56,652 nucleotides of DNA, filler included, from Sphacelaria rigidula (GCA_964200075.2; 6 parts of 6 records of this genome joined end to end with filler, not necessarily neighbours in it); one strand, 5' to 3'; shown: positions 24,057 to 36,914, numbered from the whole stretch's first letter. The notes: a model not told the origin generated them from the letters alone. Made by a program: numbers and translations.

Positions 24057-25015
24057 CTTTCGTTGTTGTTGTTGTTGTTGTTGTGGTAGTTAGCATTGCG
24101 ATGGAGAAAGACGCGTGCATACATGTGATGATTTGTGCGGTGATGGATAGGGAAAGAAACTGCAAAGGCGGTCGTGCGAATGTACTAGGGAAGAGGGCGA
24201 TGAAAACGAATCTGTTAACTATTGTTCCCCACGTTCTTTACAACTGCATCTCCGGGCACGAAACAGAGACATACCCACAGACAGACACAGACAGACAGAT
24301 AGACACACAAATAGACAAACAGGCAGGCAGGTAGGTAGATGGAGAGAAGATCTCGTGCCCCCCCCCCCCCCCCCCATGATCTTCAGACATTGCGAGTACA
24401 AGTCGTACAGGATACACTAAGTTTCGCAAAAATATCAAGATACAAAGAACAGGAAAACGCGCGATGACACCAAAAAACAAATCCGCGAGAGTCGACGGAC
24501 TGCCGGGGTGATGACCTCATTCTCGACAAAACAAATCCAGGGCACTTAACATTATACACGTCACAAGTTAAGCCAGGCTAGTACTACGGTGGGGGACATC
24601 GTGGTCCCTAACCATAGTACTAGGCTGGCTCGACGCTTGATTTGATTTTGCTTGACTTTGAACAGGGCTCCGCGTGTAACGAGTTCTGTGATGTGTAACG
24701 AAAGTTGTGAGATGTAACAAAATTTGGGACGTGTAACGTTCAGTGCCCTGGAAAACTCCAACCCAAAAGTACTAGACAAGGCGTCGGTTAACCCGTTGGA
24801 GACTGCCGTATAAGCTAATACGGAGAGAGAGGATAGGTGGGCGAGAAAGTTCGACAGCGATCGAAATGGGCCCACGGGGGGGCGCGGGGGGGGGGGGGGG
24901 AGGGAAAGGAGGGGGGGGCCCCCCCCAACCGGGCGCGCCCCCTCCCGCCCCGGACCANNNNNNNNNNGGGAGTGGGGGGGTGGGGGGGGGGGACAGGGGA
25001 GGGAGGGGGGTAGGT

Positions 25016-25049
<34 letters not shown>

Positions 25050-25069
25050 AGGAGAGGAAGGGGAGGCAC

Positions 25070-25182
25070 CTTCCAAGCTCGAGCTCCGCCTTCTGCCTCT
25101 GTACTAAATCCAGGCGGTCTTTCAGCACTGTTTGCTCCGTCTTTTCTGCGGCCAGCTCGTCCCGAATCGTCACTAATTCAGC
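25070..25182 (-). CDS. Exon of an unknown coiled-coil protein (AELVTIRDELAAEKTEQTVLKDRLDLVQRQKAELELG)
   Basis: Polypyrimidine tract + ccag| acceptor, AG|gtgcct donor (phase 2); heptad-like E/K/L-rich peptide. Confidence 0.65.
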
Positions 25183-25389
25183 CTGGACCAAAACAGGAAA
25201 ACAAGAGAAGAAAATCGAAAAGAACAGAAGGACGAGGAAAGTTGGCGGGCGCATATGCACAAGATAAGCTATTTTCCATCACGGGGGCGCTCTCTCGCCC
25301 TGGGCAAAATCATGTGGTACCATGTCATGCGTACGGCGATCGGGGAACTGATCACAAAAATGGGGAAAGAGCCAGGAGGGGAGAGGGGG

Positions 25390-26060
25390 GGTGTACTCAT
25401 GATCATGCATGCCATAGTCATATGACCATTGACGTCGCATCCCTGCGAAGCCGAGACGGAGCACGCCGGGTTTTCGCCAGACCAGGTTTGCGATCAATCG
25501 CCCAGCGCGAAGCGCCGTGGTGTGTTCGGCGAGTCGGACGAAGGGTGAGCTGCATCTTGCCAAGATTGTTCGGCCCGAAGCTTGCTGACTATCTTGCATT
25601 GGAATTGCAGCCTCCAATGAGTTGCTTCATGCTCTGGTATTGCCACTTCCAGAGGCAGCCACGGCTTATACACTACCTCAAGGTGTCTCACCATGTGAAC
25701 ACTACGCAGTACGATCATTCCCATTGTGCGGAGTTGAGGTTCCCCCACGGCGCACAACAGGATCTAGCTCGACCACCATCATAGTTACCCCAAAATAAAA
25801 CGCATGCGCACGAAAACAAATCGGTAACCTGGTTGCCTAGCTTGCGCAGTGAGTGGCATGTTTTACAGCGTGATCGTCAACCGACGCCAACCCTATCAGG
25901 GGTCCGCCCCTACAAAGCCGGGACAAAGCACGCCGGGGTCTCGCCGGACCAGGTTGAACGATAGGGGGAGGGGGGGAGGAGAGGGGGGGGAGTCGTAATC
26001 ATTTCTTGCTTACCTCAGTCGTTTGGCCATTGACCGCGCATCCCTTTTGGGACGGAGCAC
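25390..26060 (+). repeat. Family A modular repeat, most complete copy
   Basis: G-run, M2, ~400-bp core, M3, G-run, M1; about ten related pieces in contigs 1-5. Confidence 0.85.
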
Positions 26061-26087
26061 CGTTCCTACTCCTAATATAAGTAGACA

Positions 26088-26760
26088 CTTTCGACATTCC
26101 GGCGCTCGTCACGTTTCTTCCATATATTGCACAACATCCTTTAACGTATCTTATCCCCGTCCTGTTTCGCCGTCTGTGGCCACCATCTATCTCCTAGTAT
26201 AGCCATCGCATTCTCGCTACTGTCTAATGCGTCAAACGATTTCATGCCACCTTCGTTCACGTTCCGTATTTTCCGCTCCAACACGTCCCGTTCCTCCTTG
26301 TATACTTCACATTCTGCCAGTATTTGACTTCTGCTCTCTATTGCTTAGTCACAGGGGCAATTCTGTCCATCTACTTCCTCCTCCACTCGACTACTGGTTT
26401 ATGTATTTTGTTTTTTCTGGCAGGTCCAGGTCCCCCACCCGAAATAGCAGTTTCAAATATTTTGCCGCGTCTCTTGGGCCATGCAGATATGTTTTCATCC
26501 CGATCCCCTCTCTCAACCCCCCATATATCTCCAGGTGTTCTTCCTCATCTACTTTGCGTCTGAGCGCTCCTTTTCCCCTTTCTTCCATAATATCTCTTAC
26601 TTTTGTCTTGTACCCCGCGCCTTCATCTCTGGACAGTATTTCGTCTTAGTTTCCTCTTATCTCCTCCCATATTTACTCGACTTCTCGATTCTACCTTACT
26701 TCAGCCTGCCCTATCAACCTTATCTGGCAATCTCTTTCTCTGCATATTCTGTAAGCTATA
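26088..26760 (-). mobile_element. Degenerate non-LTR retrotransposon (LINE), C-terminal part of the RT ORF
   Basis: ..EHLEIYGGLREGIGMKTYLHGP..LKLLFRVGDLDLPE..; joins in frame (WQY|SLQNMQRKRLP) with 27349-28277 once the MITE is removed; contains stops. Confidence 0.85.
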
Positions 26761-27348
26761 CTTCCTCTGCGTCATAGGTAAAGTTTGCTATGGGGGTCAG
26801 ATCGTATATCGCCAATGGAGGTGCCCACGATGCTATAGTGAGGTTTTGGAAAGTTGTTGGTGTGCTGATGCTCGTTTGAAAATAAATATCTGAGCCGAAG
26901 TTACTGAGAATTAATGGGTGAAACATGGCCAAATTTCGACCAAATTTCGCCAATCTGTACATTGTCGGCCGAATTTCGACGAATTTGGCTTGTTTTCAAG
27001 TAATTGAAGGCTGTAACGTAAGCGAGTGGTTTCGGACTAGGCGCAGCTGTCGTGTACCAGCGATGAAAAGGAGAAAAAGAGCCAGTTATAGTTTGTTTTC
27101 GCAAATTTCGCCGTTTTTCGGGTTGCCAGGGTCCTTCTCTGGTTCATGGAAGAGGGGAAAATATGGCCATTTTTGGGCCGACTGATCGTGAATCGGCCAT
27201 TCGCACACGCTGGCTGCTGCACAAACAGGGAAAAAAAGACGCGATTCAACTAAACAAACCCGACACATTAAAAAAAATCGCCTACGGCAATAAACACGGT
27301 CAAGGGTCCGTGTGATCATAACGGACTCCACTTGTGGCACAAAGGGAG
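26761..27348. mobile_element. Stowaway-like (Tc1/mariner-type) MITE, 588 bp, inserted at a TA in the LINE
   Basis: TA at 26759-26760 and 27349-27350; 32-bp imperfect TIR CTYCCTYTGYG..., 21/32 identical. Confidence 0.8.
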
Positions 27349-28277
27349 TATTGCCATCGCAATTTTCTCTTGTCTCCGTTTGTTTTAAGTGAGTATATTC
27401 CCAACTCTGCTGTCAATACTGTATTACTCGTCGTTTTCGAGCATCCAAGTATCTTCTTAGCTGCTGCCATCTGTACTACTTCCAACCTCACCACCAACTT
27501 CGCGTTCCCCTCTCACACTTTCCCTGCATATTCCAGCTTTGGTACGATCATGTCCATCAGGGCACATCTCCTAATCCTAGTGTCTAGGTGCGAGTCTCTG
27601 AGGATCACGTCCATGCTGGCTATCTGTGCCTTACCCTTTCTATTACTTTGTTCATGTGTGCATCCCAAGAACAGTTTTCTGAGATTTCTACGCAAGGTAT
27701 TTATACTGGTCTACGATCGGCAGTTCCTCTTCTCCCCACTTCCATTTGAACTCTACCGGGTTTTTCTTATCTTCGTTACAGACGAGTATCGCGCATGTGT
27801 TGACGTTCGCTGTCACTCTCCATTTCCTTGTGTATTCTAGCACCTATTCTGAATGCTTCTGCAATCCTTCTGCTGTTTCTGAAATCCCCACAAACTCATC
27901 CGCGAATATCAACCCTGATACCATATCTTCACCCACCTTGACTCATTGCTTTGCTGCTTCTATTGCAAATATCAGGTCATGAATAAATACCCCGAACGAA
28001 GTGGGTGATAACGTACATCCTTGTACAACTCCTTGTAAGATATCAAAATATGTCGATATTTCCTCGTCTAGCATCATGACACTTCCGGCACATTCTGTCA
28101 TCTTCTTCATCATTCTCCACATCTTTCCTCCGATCCCAGTTTCCCACAACGTTTTCCACAACCCATTTCTTCATACTGTGTCATAAGCCTATTGCACGTC
28201 CAGAAAGAAACAGTACGTTGTCAGCCCGGTGTCTTTCCTACCCTGAATACTCTTACTTAGTGTGTACACATGGTCTA
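27349..28277 (-). mobile_element. Degenerate LINE reverse transcriptase
   Basis: LQGVVQGCTLSPTSFGVFIHDL and IFADEFVG (YADD-equivalent) motifs, PKLEYAG, AAKKILGCSKTTSNTVL; frameshifted; truncated by the contig end. Confidence 0.9.
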
Positions 28278-28377
28278 NNNNNNNNNNNNNNNNNNNNNNN
28301 NNNNNNNNNNNNNNNNNNNNNTTAATTAATTAANNNNNNNNNNNNNNNNNNNNNNNNNNNNNNNNNNNNNNNNNNNN
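28278..28377. other. Artificial contig spacer
   Basis: N44-TTAATTAATTAA-N44. Confidence 0.98.
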
Positions 28378-28660
28378 GTGGCTCTAGTAGGAGTAGGAAC
28401 GGTGCTCTGTCTTGAAAGGGATACGTGGTCAATGGTCAAACGGCTGAGGCAAGCAACAAATGAGTACGCCCCCGCCCCCATTATCTCCTCTACCCCTTTA
28501 CGTGCAGACGCGAAATGTGCATGCACGTGATGACCCTAGCTATATAGATAAGAGTCTCCAAACAACCCGAACTTCAGAAAATATTTGTGCACCCCTACCG
28601 CAGCACCACTATCTCATTTCTTTGAGACAGAGTCTGTCAACAGCATTATTGAGACACTAA

Positions 28661-28954
28661 TCAAACTTCATACGAGGTCAGCAAGGTCGAACTGGGGACG
28701 CACGCCTGCGGTCCTGCGAGTAAGGGCGACTGACTTTGAGAGCATGGAGTGTATTCTCCAAAAGGGTTGGTGTCGGAGGTTGCTGAAGAAACATCAGTGC
28801 TGTGTTCCTGCTGGATGTTCAGAAGGTTCGCCGCAATGCTGAGAAGTGCTGCAGACAAAATGCCAGAAGTTGTATTGTCCGGTAAGAGGTGCTGTAGGTT
28901 TGCCGCGCCATGTGCGTGTTTGGCACCATACTCGAGCACTCCTTGGATTAGGTA
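28661..28954 (-). CDS. Putative terminal exon of the contig-4 gene (YLIQGVLEYGAKHAHG...SYEV*)
   Basis: aaacag| acceptor followed by an open frame to a stop; no homology recognised. Confidence 0.35.
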   Translation of the reverse strand, partial: YLIQGVLEYGAKHAHGAANLQHLLPDNTTSGILSAALLSIAANLLNIQQEHSTDVSSATSDTNPFGEYTPCSQSQSPLLAGPQACVPSSTLLTSYEV

Positions 28955-29561
28955 CTGTTTGACAGTTTCTTTTCGTTTGTAGCGAGCATTCGATCTTTTT
29001 CGGAATGATCGACGCCTATCGTTTGCGCACGCGATTTCTTGTCTGAGTGGTTGAGGGCCGACATCATTTATTGGTGTTTATATAGTGACGCAGCGTGCCG
29101 AGTACACGGCTTCAAGGACCGCTCAATATGTCGCATGCTGGAGAATGTCGAGGAGGAGCTTTACATCGAACAAACAACTATTGTCCTCGTATATCGTTCA
29201 CCGATTGCAAAAGTGCGGTGCGGTGCGTTGCGTTCTCTCTCCCTGCCTCTCACTCCTGGTCTCTATCTCCAATATTCGCCGACAGATTAAAGTTGCAGCA
29301 AAAACAAGAGTGCAGCTACTGCATCGTATTGCGTCTTCTCTGTTTTATGCGTACTGAGAATCGAGGCTTATCTGACACATTTTACGCCGTGCACTTACTA
29401 CTCGAACGGCTCCGTTGTATACGCGTGGGCTTCACGGATCGAGTTTAATCCTCAATAATATATGGCACAATATTCAACGCCGACTGTAGTGATGGAAGCA
29501 GTGGATGCACTGCTACAGTATATCTCGATTGCCCAGCACTTTTTTAATTTATTTCAGAAAC

Positions 29562-29792
29562 CCGCCACCGTTGATGCTGCAGATCAACAAATTGCTCGCG
29601 CCCATTCACGATGATCATCGCGCCGGCCTCTCTTCTCCTGGCTCTCGCTCTCAGCATCGTGTCCATGTCTCTACCCCATTGTACCACCTCCTCCCTCCAT
29701 GACAGTGGCCTATGTTTCTTCCGGGGAGCAATACTCATGTCGCCATATGCTCCCAGGTCTACGCATTCCCCATGATTCGATATAACCTCCCC
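29562..29792 (-). CDS. Putative exon of the contig-4 gene (GEVISNHG...SWREEVVQWGRDMDTMLRARARRRE...)
   Basis: cccag| phase-0 acceptor matches the phase-0 donor of the large exon; donor position uncertain. Confidence 0.4.
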
Positions 29793-30107
29793 CTGGGCCG
29801 GAGTTTTCAACGATTGAGGGGGGAGCGGGGGGCGGGGGGAAGCGGCGTAATCATTGGCCACACATCCCTTTCGAGACGGGAAGGGGGAGGTTCCAAACGG
29901 GAAGTACTTTGCCTGAAATTGATCGTCCAGGGGTAACGCTCGGTAGTCCCCGAACCCCTCGTTCTAGCACGTGGTGCTATGTGGTGGTCTACCAGCGCGG
30001 GCGATAAGTGAGAGCAATTGATTCCCGGGGGGAAGACAAATAAAATATGTTGTGCATATATGGGCACTCAGTAGCCGTCCTCTCTTTTTGATCGTCAAAC
30101 GACTCAC

Positions 30108-32345
30108 CTGTAGACCTTGTAACACCGGCGACGTCTTCTTATTATCGGGAACCACATTACTGCTGACATCCGTTTTTGGTGCATCTACGCACCTCCTCTG
30201 ACTGGCAGACAAGGGACGAGTGGGAAAATACGGTACACCACCTGTCCCTGCCGTTGCTGTCGAATCGCTGCGTTGAAAGGTGCGACGGCCAATTTCAGCT
30301 TGCTTCGGTCGGTGCGACGTTGGGCACTTATTCGGCGCCGAACAGCTCGTATCTCGTGACGTACGAGGAGTTGACGGCGTGCGGACTGACCGGGCAGACT
30401 GCGGCCGTGTTGCAACCTGGCGGCGGACTTCTACGCTTCGGCCGTCAAATCGTCGTTGCCAACTGCAGGACCCGCCGGAGATCTGGCCGCGGTCCGTGGC
30501 TGTGTGATCATCTCTCGTAAAGTTTTGCTTATCCTCTCCTCCCTTCAATTGGTCATAGGATTTCCAGCTATTGCGGCAGCGATCTGCACCACCGCTGTAG
30601 TAGTCGCGGCTGTCTAAAGCCGACGACGGCGGCCCGGGAAGTAGTTGCGGTGCGGACATGGGGCGTGCAGGGTCGGAGGGATCAGAAATGACATCTTCAT
30701 GCCCTGCTGGTGAATATTCCGATACCGTCCCAGTAATGCACGTGTTAGTGACCAGCGTCTCGGCAGGTTTTCCCGGGGAGGCGGGGCTTCCATTGCTATT
30801 TGCCGCCACGACTTCCGCTGCCGTCGTCAATACTACAGTTGACGTGCTGTTGTGCAGAGGTGGAGTCCTTGTTGGTGATGCATCCTTGGACACGTGTCGC
30901 GGTGAAGCTGAAGGCGATGCACCAGTGCTGGCATCAGCGTCTCCTTGTCTCTCGGTTCCACGGGGATTCGCTGGTCGGATTTGAGCAGGTGGTGGTACTG
31001 ACGGGACATGTTCAATACGTCCCGCGTCCCCACGCGGTGGTCTCTTACTGCAACGGGGGTGATTCGAGGCAAGGGTCTCATGACCCTTGGGAGATGGCGT
31101 ATGGGCGAATGATCCTGTGTGTTCAGCTGCACTGATCGTCGCGTTCGATTGCGAAAAATCCAAACCTAGTCTCGGAACTCGCGGGTGTCTCCTCGAGGGA
31201 TCGGCGACGCGCGGCGGGGGGCTTGCTGTCCGGTTACCGCCGCTGCACGTGGCTGTTGTTGGGATGAGCGGGCGCGAAGATAGAACCGTGCCTGCTGGTT
31301 TACCTTCAGCCTTGGACGCCCAGATATTTCCGGAGTCAAACGGTGGCGGCCTGTTCGAAGATTGAGCATATCCAGATGCCGTCCATGGCCGAACCATGCT
31401 GCCGGTCCCTACTTGATATTTTTCCATACCGTCGACCCCGCTCATGGTGTACTCTCGGTCGACCGCACGATTGGGCGTTGGTTGCGCTCTTGACGTTGGC
31501 ACACACGTTTGTGCGTTGAGCGCTTGCGGATCAAGCATGGTAGATCCCTTGCAACTGTGAGTACGTCGTGTCCCGATTCCGTCTTTGGAACACTTTACAA
31601 CCCCGCCACAACTCCGGCTCCGTGTCCCTTGTCCCCCTCTGGTGATCTTCGTGTTTGGTGCGTTATGGTCCATTCTTCCGAGAGTGCGACGGCTTTCCCT
31701 GGACAGCTCTGCGGGAACCGAGGACGGTCGTATTTCGCGTTGCTCAGGATGGCACAGGCTGTCCGGAGGAGGTAAACAAAACGATACCGTATGTTCTAAC
31801 GATCGTACCGGCATGCCATTGCTGTTCTCAAAGCAATCGACACGATCGTTAACTTCATGCGTGCCGAGATCTACGTTGATCCCTGCAGACGACGTTCCTG
31901 CAGCGGCTTCGTCAGCAAAATGGATGCACCCTGCCGCCGCAGTTGTATCTACTGTTCCATCCAAGTGCTCATTAAACAGTGCGGCTCGTTCCGTGAGATC
32001 TGTCGGAAGGCTCCGAGACGTTCCCGGAGGGCTTGTCCACACTTTGTTTGTCCTGCGCCCGATAGCTTGGCGCGAGTGTGCGGAAGATCCTCGACCGGGG
32101 GTAAGTGTGTGGGGCGAACCTGGTTTACGGCTTTTTAGGGGTCTCGAAATAATTGACTGATCCTGCGAATACATGGTGGAGTGCGTTCGAATCGCAGCGG
32201 GCGGAATGGATGGGGAGTAGGACGAGGTGAAGGCCGCGGATGAGCAAGTTGCGCAACGGGCATCGCGGAGACGTGTTGACTTCGTTGCATTCCGACCACT
32301 GCACGTAGCTTTCTGCTCAGGGACACAATCTACGTTGACGTGCAA
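30108..32345 (-). CDS. Large exon encoding an S/P/T/R/G-rich, probably disordered region of an unknown protein
   Basis: 793-codon stop-free frame; strong CAG|gtgagt donor at 30108; 5' boundary uncertain. Confidence 0.7.
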
Positions 32346-32362
32346 TCAACGACAGCGCTAAC

Positions 32363-33364
32363 CATCGTAAGCTCTCTCGAGTTTCCCCATGGATGATGAC
32401 TCTTTTCCCGGGTCTAGCGGAACATTGGAGCTGAATATTTCTACTCTTTGGACGCGCCAAGTCAATGGCGTCATGCGGGCATGACAATTATTCAAGCTCC
32501 CACCCAAATACCATACAAGCGACGGAAACAAAAAGTTGTTATCTTGTATAGGCAGAATCCATAGCAAACACGGCGATTCTCAAGTTCCCTTACGAAGCGA
32601 CAACAGAGCGAGGATGACTTGGGCTCGCGCAGAGTACCTGAGCCAATGGAGCACGGTTCCAAAAAAGTAGACGGAAGGAGCAATCTGCTCCCCCAGCCTC
32701 CAGGGCCAGCCGGTAGCGTCCTATCCCGTACCCACGATCTCGCGGGCCTATCTATGTATGGAACAGGCCAATAACAGAATGCAGGAGATTGTGACGAAGT
32801 ACAGATAGCGACGAGGTGTGTCAGATTTCACTGTCCGACCAAGACAACGAGTTCACTCTTATGCTTGAAAATTCTGCACGATTGGGACGATCACGTCTTA
32901 TCGTTTTGCCCTTCTAGTGGTTCGACACGGACGAACATGGACCGCCGCGTTGCCGGGCACCGAACTCAGAGTCGGTGCGTCATCGCCGTCCTCGAATTTG
33001 AACGAATGATCATGCTTGCGCCGACCTAAGAGATAAACAACCAAGCAAAGCGAACCAACCCGTATTACCCTGGCTGTGCCGTCATATGCAAGATTTGTTT
33101 TCATGCTGAGGCCGGCGAAGTACCCGCGTCAACGTCTTGTGTCTTCGTCGGCCCTTCTTCCCTCCTTGGTTTTTCGCCTCCAAAACGTCAACGCCCCCCG
33201 TTTCGCGGATATTTTCACTACCAGCTCTAGGCAACGTGCACACCTTGAGACTTTCCGTATATCGCGTGAGCACCCTCTCAGACCCATCGTCCGCGCGCAC
33301 TACCTCAACCATTCCATCCGTGTTGGTACCTCTCCAGGAGTACTCGTCCAGCGCGGGGGAAAGT
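32363..33364 (-). CDS. Chain of small phase-compatible exons of the contig-4 gene (33364-33330, 33025-32937, 32751-32594, about 32430-32363)
   Basis: GT-AG sites with matching phases give LSPALDEYSWR-G-RRKHDHSFKF...AAVH-IGPRDRGYGIGRYRLALEAGGADCSFRLLFW... Confidence 0.5.
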
Positions 33365-33939
33365 CTGTCGTGCGGACAAACGATGTCGAGGATATCCATC
33401 CACAGTTGAGGAAACAAAACACACGCACAGTTCATCCATGAAGTTGTTGTTTGACATCTTTCAGGGTTAACGAGGAAATCTACGCGTATTTGTCTATACA
33501 AAAGTACCCGATTCATACAGATGGGGTGCTGTCCTACGTACAAAACGCGGCGATGTCGGGGAACATCGAGACGGGGGACAGATGTACTGCAGACAAGAGA
33601 GCGACTATTGTGTGGCAGGGGTAACGGGTGCTAAGCACGTCGCTTGGTGAGTCACTATCAGAAGTGATACCAAATCTATCCAAACTTAGACGAATGCAGC
33701 ACTGTAGAAATGGCGCTCCCATACTACAACCACATGTCATACGTTTCATGTATCTCGCTGAGGAAGGTGCTTCAGAGCCAGTGAAAGCGGAAGGGGAACG
33801 ACTTTTGGGGTTTCCATGACATAAGTTCATTGCGAGTCGGCTGATGGGAGGGTTCGTATGAACGATATTCACACAGCAAGTGGAGTGTAGACGATGGAAG
33901 AAAAAAAACGTTTCCCGTAAAGACGGGGTCATCCCCTCA

Positions 33940-34560
33940 AGGGTTGGGGTCGGTTGGCAACGACGCTGTAAAACACGCCATTCACTGCGTAAGCTGGGCA
34001 AACGGGTTACCGTTTTTCTTCGTCGCTTGCGTTCTTTTGCGGTAGTCATGATGATTGTCGAGAATCCCAACTCCGCGCGAAGGGGATGATCATACTACGT
34101 AGTGTTTAGATGGTGAGACGGCCATGAGGCAGTGTAACCGGTAGATGTCTCTGGAGGTAGCGATGCCAGGAAATCAGTTGAACTTATTCGAGGCTGTCAT
34201 CCATATGCAAGACAACTCGTACGCTTCGGGCCGAACTAATTTTTCAGGATGCCGGTTGCCCCCCATGCGACTCGCCGAACACACCACCGTGCTTCGCGCT
34301 TGGTGGTTGCGAACGTGGTCCGGCGAAAACCCGGGGTGCTCTGTCCCGGCTTTGTACGGATGCTATCAGGTCAACGGTCTCATGACTACGGCATGCAAGA
34401 TCATAGGTACCCCCCATGGTGCTCCGTCTCGAAGGGGATGCGTGGTCGACGGTCAAATGACCAAGGAAAGCAACAAATGAGCACCTCCCCCCCCCCCTGT
34501 CTTCGTCTCGAAAGGGAGGCGTGGTCAATGGTCAAACGACTAAGACGAACCACAAACGAG
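33940..34560 (-). repeat. Family A repeat, order M1-M1-M2-core on the element strand
   Basis: Reverse complement of modules at 25390-26060. Confidence 0.8.
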
Positions 34561-36597
34561 CCCCCCCCCCCCACCACCCCCATCCCCACCCCTTTCCCCC
34601 GCCCCGTACCCCTCGGTCGCAGACTCATCGGATCAGCTAATCTCTCACGAAACCTGCTGTGCTTCGTATATGTGGTTGATTGAAGACGGGAGGCTAACGC
34701 AACAGTACGTTTTGACTGTTGTGGAGTAGTCCCTATTTTTATGCGGAAGCTCACCGAAGACAGGCCTAATAATAATGTTGTTCTCAATACGTAACTACGG
34801 TTCATGGTGCAGACCTTTCCCGTAAAACCAACTCTCGATCACCTCCTGGACGCCAGTAAAAATGGGCGAGCGTGTAGCATCCGACACCTCTGTCCCAAAG
34901 CTGACAGGTGGATGAGCTGTCCATCCCCCTTCCCTTCGAAGCGCTTTGTAAATTCTTGACAAAATGCTAAATCGCGCAGATCCAAGGGATCTTCAATTGT
35001 GCGGGTCACCTTAGATTCCCATGGCGTAGGCATTGCGAGTTATTGTCGGCCGCGCATTAGTCCGACAGCAAGTTTGAAGGCATTTCTATTCGGCAGTCAC
35101 ACAAAACGATTGGCAACTGATGAACTAGCGTCTCCTTGGCCCAGACCTTGTGAGAACATGTTTTTATACTAGAACGAATAACTTGAAAAGACGAGAGAAG
35201 CTTCAGGTATGCTCTCTCTCTCTCGAAGAACATTCTTGATTGTACAACACATCTTATTCCTGCAAATCGTTCAAGGATTTTTCCCTCATGAGACACACGA
35301 CCGGATGCGAGAATTCGATAGCATCGAAGACTGCAAACCGCAAGAACGTGCTGGAGGTACCCTTACAGTTGTGAGAGAGACCCAGCACACAGTGCTACGT
35401 CGAAACAATAACATCTACCGCGGAGGGAAATGGTATGCAGGAAAGGAGGTCGTTGCTGATTTCTTGCCGAGTGAGGGAAGAGAGAGAGACAGCGACCAAA
35501 CAGCGAGCAATTCCCGGTAGAAAATATGCACTCGTTAATTTAGTTGTTGCACAATACCTGCACCTGGATGGTCTTCGTGTTTGGCTCACCTCGACTCTAG
35601 CCTCGAAGCAAGGGGCACCTCTCTTAATTGTCCACAGCAGTTCTCTTCGCTGACCACGCGGAAGTTGTCCACAAAGTGGCAGTCGTGGTGGCACGGTGAC
35701 GGCCGGACACCAAATGGCCGCCTGGGCGGGGCATCATGGAATTCAATCACGTAGCAGCTGCACTTTGTGGAGGAGAAGTCACTAGATCTGAAAACTGCCT
35801 GAATACATTTGTGAAAATATCTAAATTGACTATGCACAAGGGGACGACGGCATGCACTTTTGTTCTTCCCCCTCTCGTCTCGAAAGGGATGCGTGGTCAA
35901 TGGTCAAATGACTAAGGCAAGCAACAAATGAGTACGCCACCACCCCCAAAAAAAGGGTCCCCCCCCCCCCCCCCCCCTCTCTGTCTACATCTGTAGGAAG
36001 GGGAAAAGTGATGCCACGTGTACCTAGGCCACGACTACTGTGCACACCTTGATGTCGATCGTCCCTCGTGTGGGCTCGTTGTGACCATGCCCAAAAACGC
36101 TGACTGCGTGAAACGTCGTACAATAGGCGCAGGGGAAAAAACACGCAAGGCATGAACGCGGTCTAAAATACGCAACCACTACTGAAATCTTACCACACGC
36201 CGGGACCAGGCGACATGACGCCTGGGGGCAAGCTTTCAAACCCTTGCCTTTCCCGGCAAGCACTCTCGTCGTTCTCAAGGTTATACGTGGGTCGTCGGCG
36301 GCGGCGGGTTCGCACCACGCCGGCCGTGAACATTAAGCACATGGTGTGGGCACAAGCATTATTCTGCGGACACGTTCGGGACGGATGAAATTACCTCAGA
36401 CGTGATATTTTCTTTTTGTGAATTCCGACTCGAGCACCAGCGCTCACCGCCCGATGGGTTCAAAACTCCACGCTCCCGAAACACCACGTGTACTTCCCGA
36501 GGGGATGCGCAAACGTAGGCCAGTCTCAGAGGTATCATAATAAGCCGACAGTCTCAAGGTGTCGGTGTCGGTGTCAGCAATGACCGGAAAAAAAAAG

Positions 36598-36914
36598 CGA
36601 GTTAACCGGCGTTTGGCTACAAATGCCCATGGTTGACACAATTCTACAAGTATCGCTACCCCTAACCCTAACCCCAACCCAACGCACACCGAGAGCCCTC
36701 GGGCAAGAGCGGCACGTAGCACTTCCTAGGCAAAGTGCGGCCTTTGTAGACCCCAAATCGGCGCCTGTGGCGCCGATTTAAACGAAAACGCATTCTGCGT
36801 ACGCGAGGAGCACGCGGGATTGTCAGCCCTACTAAGTATCCGACTCTCGTTGTACAGACTCAAATCGAGTCAGTATCAACCATGAACATTCGTAACCCAA
36901 CGGCGGTTATCTCG
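36598..36914 (+). mobile_element. Family T MITE, complete copy with a 39-bp imperfect TIR
   Basis: 36598-36636 vs 36876-36914 are 32/39 complementary; CCCTAACCCTAACCCCAACCC at about 36660; AAATCGGCGCC-TGT-GGCGCCGATTT hairpin. Confidence 0.85.

Noticed and set aside
25014..25784. 256-aa + strand ORF and most other short ORFs in the track
   Set aside because: They arise from G-runs, microsatellites, repeats or the antisense strand of real exons and TEs
34843..35800. Possible further 5' exons of the contig-4 gene (about 35590-35798 and 34843-34967, - strand)
   Set aside because: Plausible donors, but the frame and the link to downstream exons could not be established
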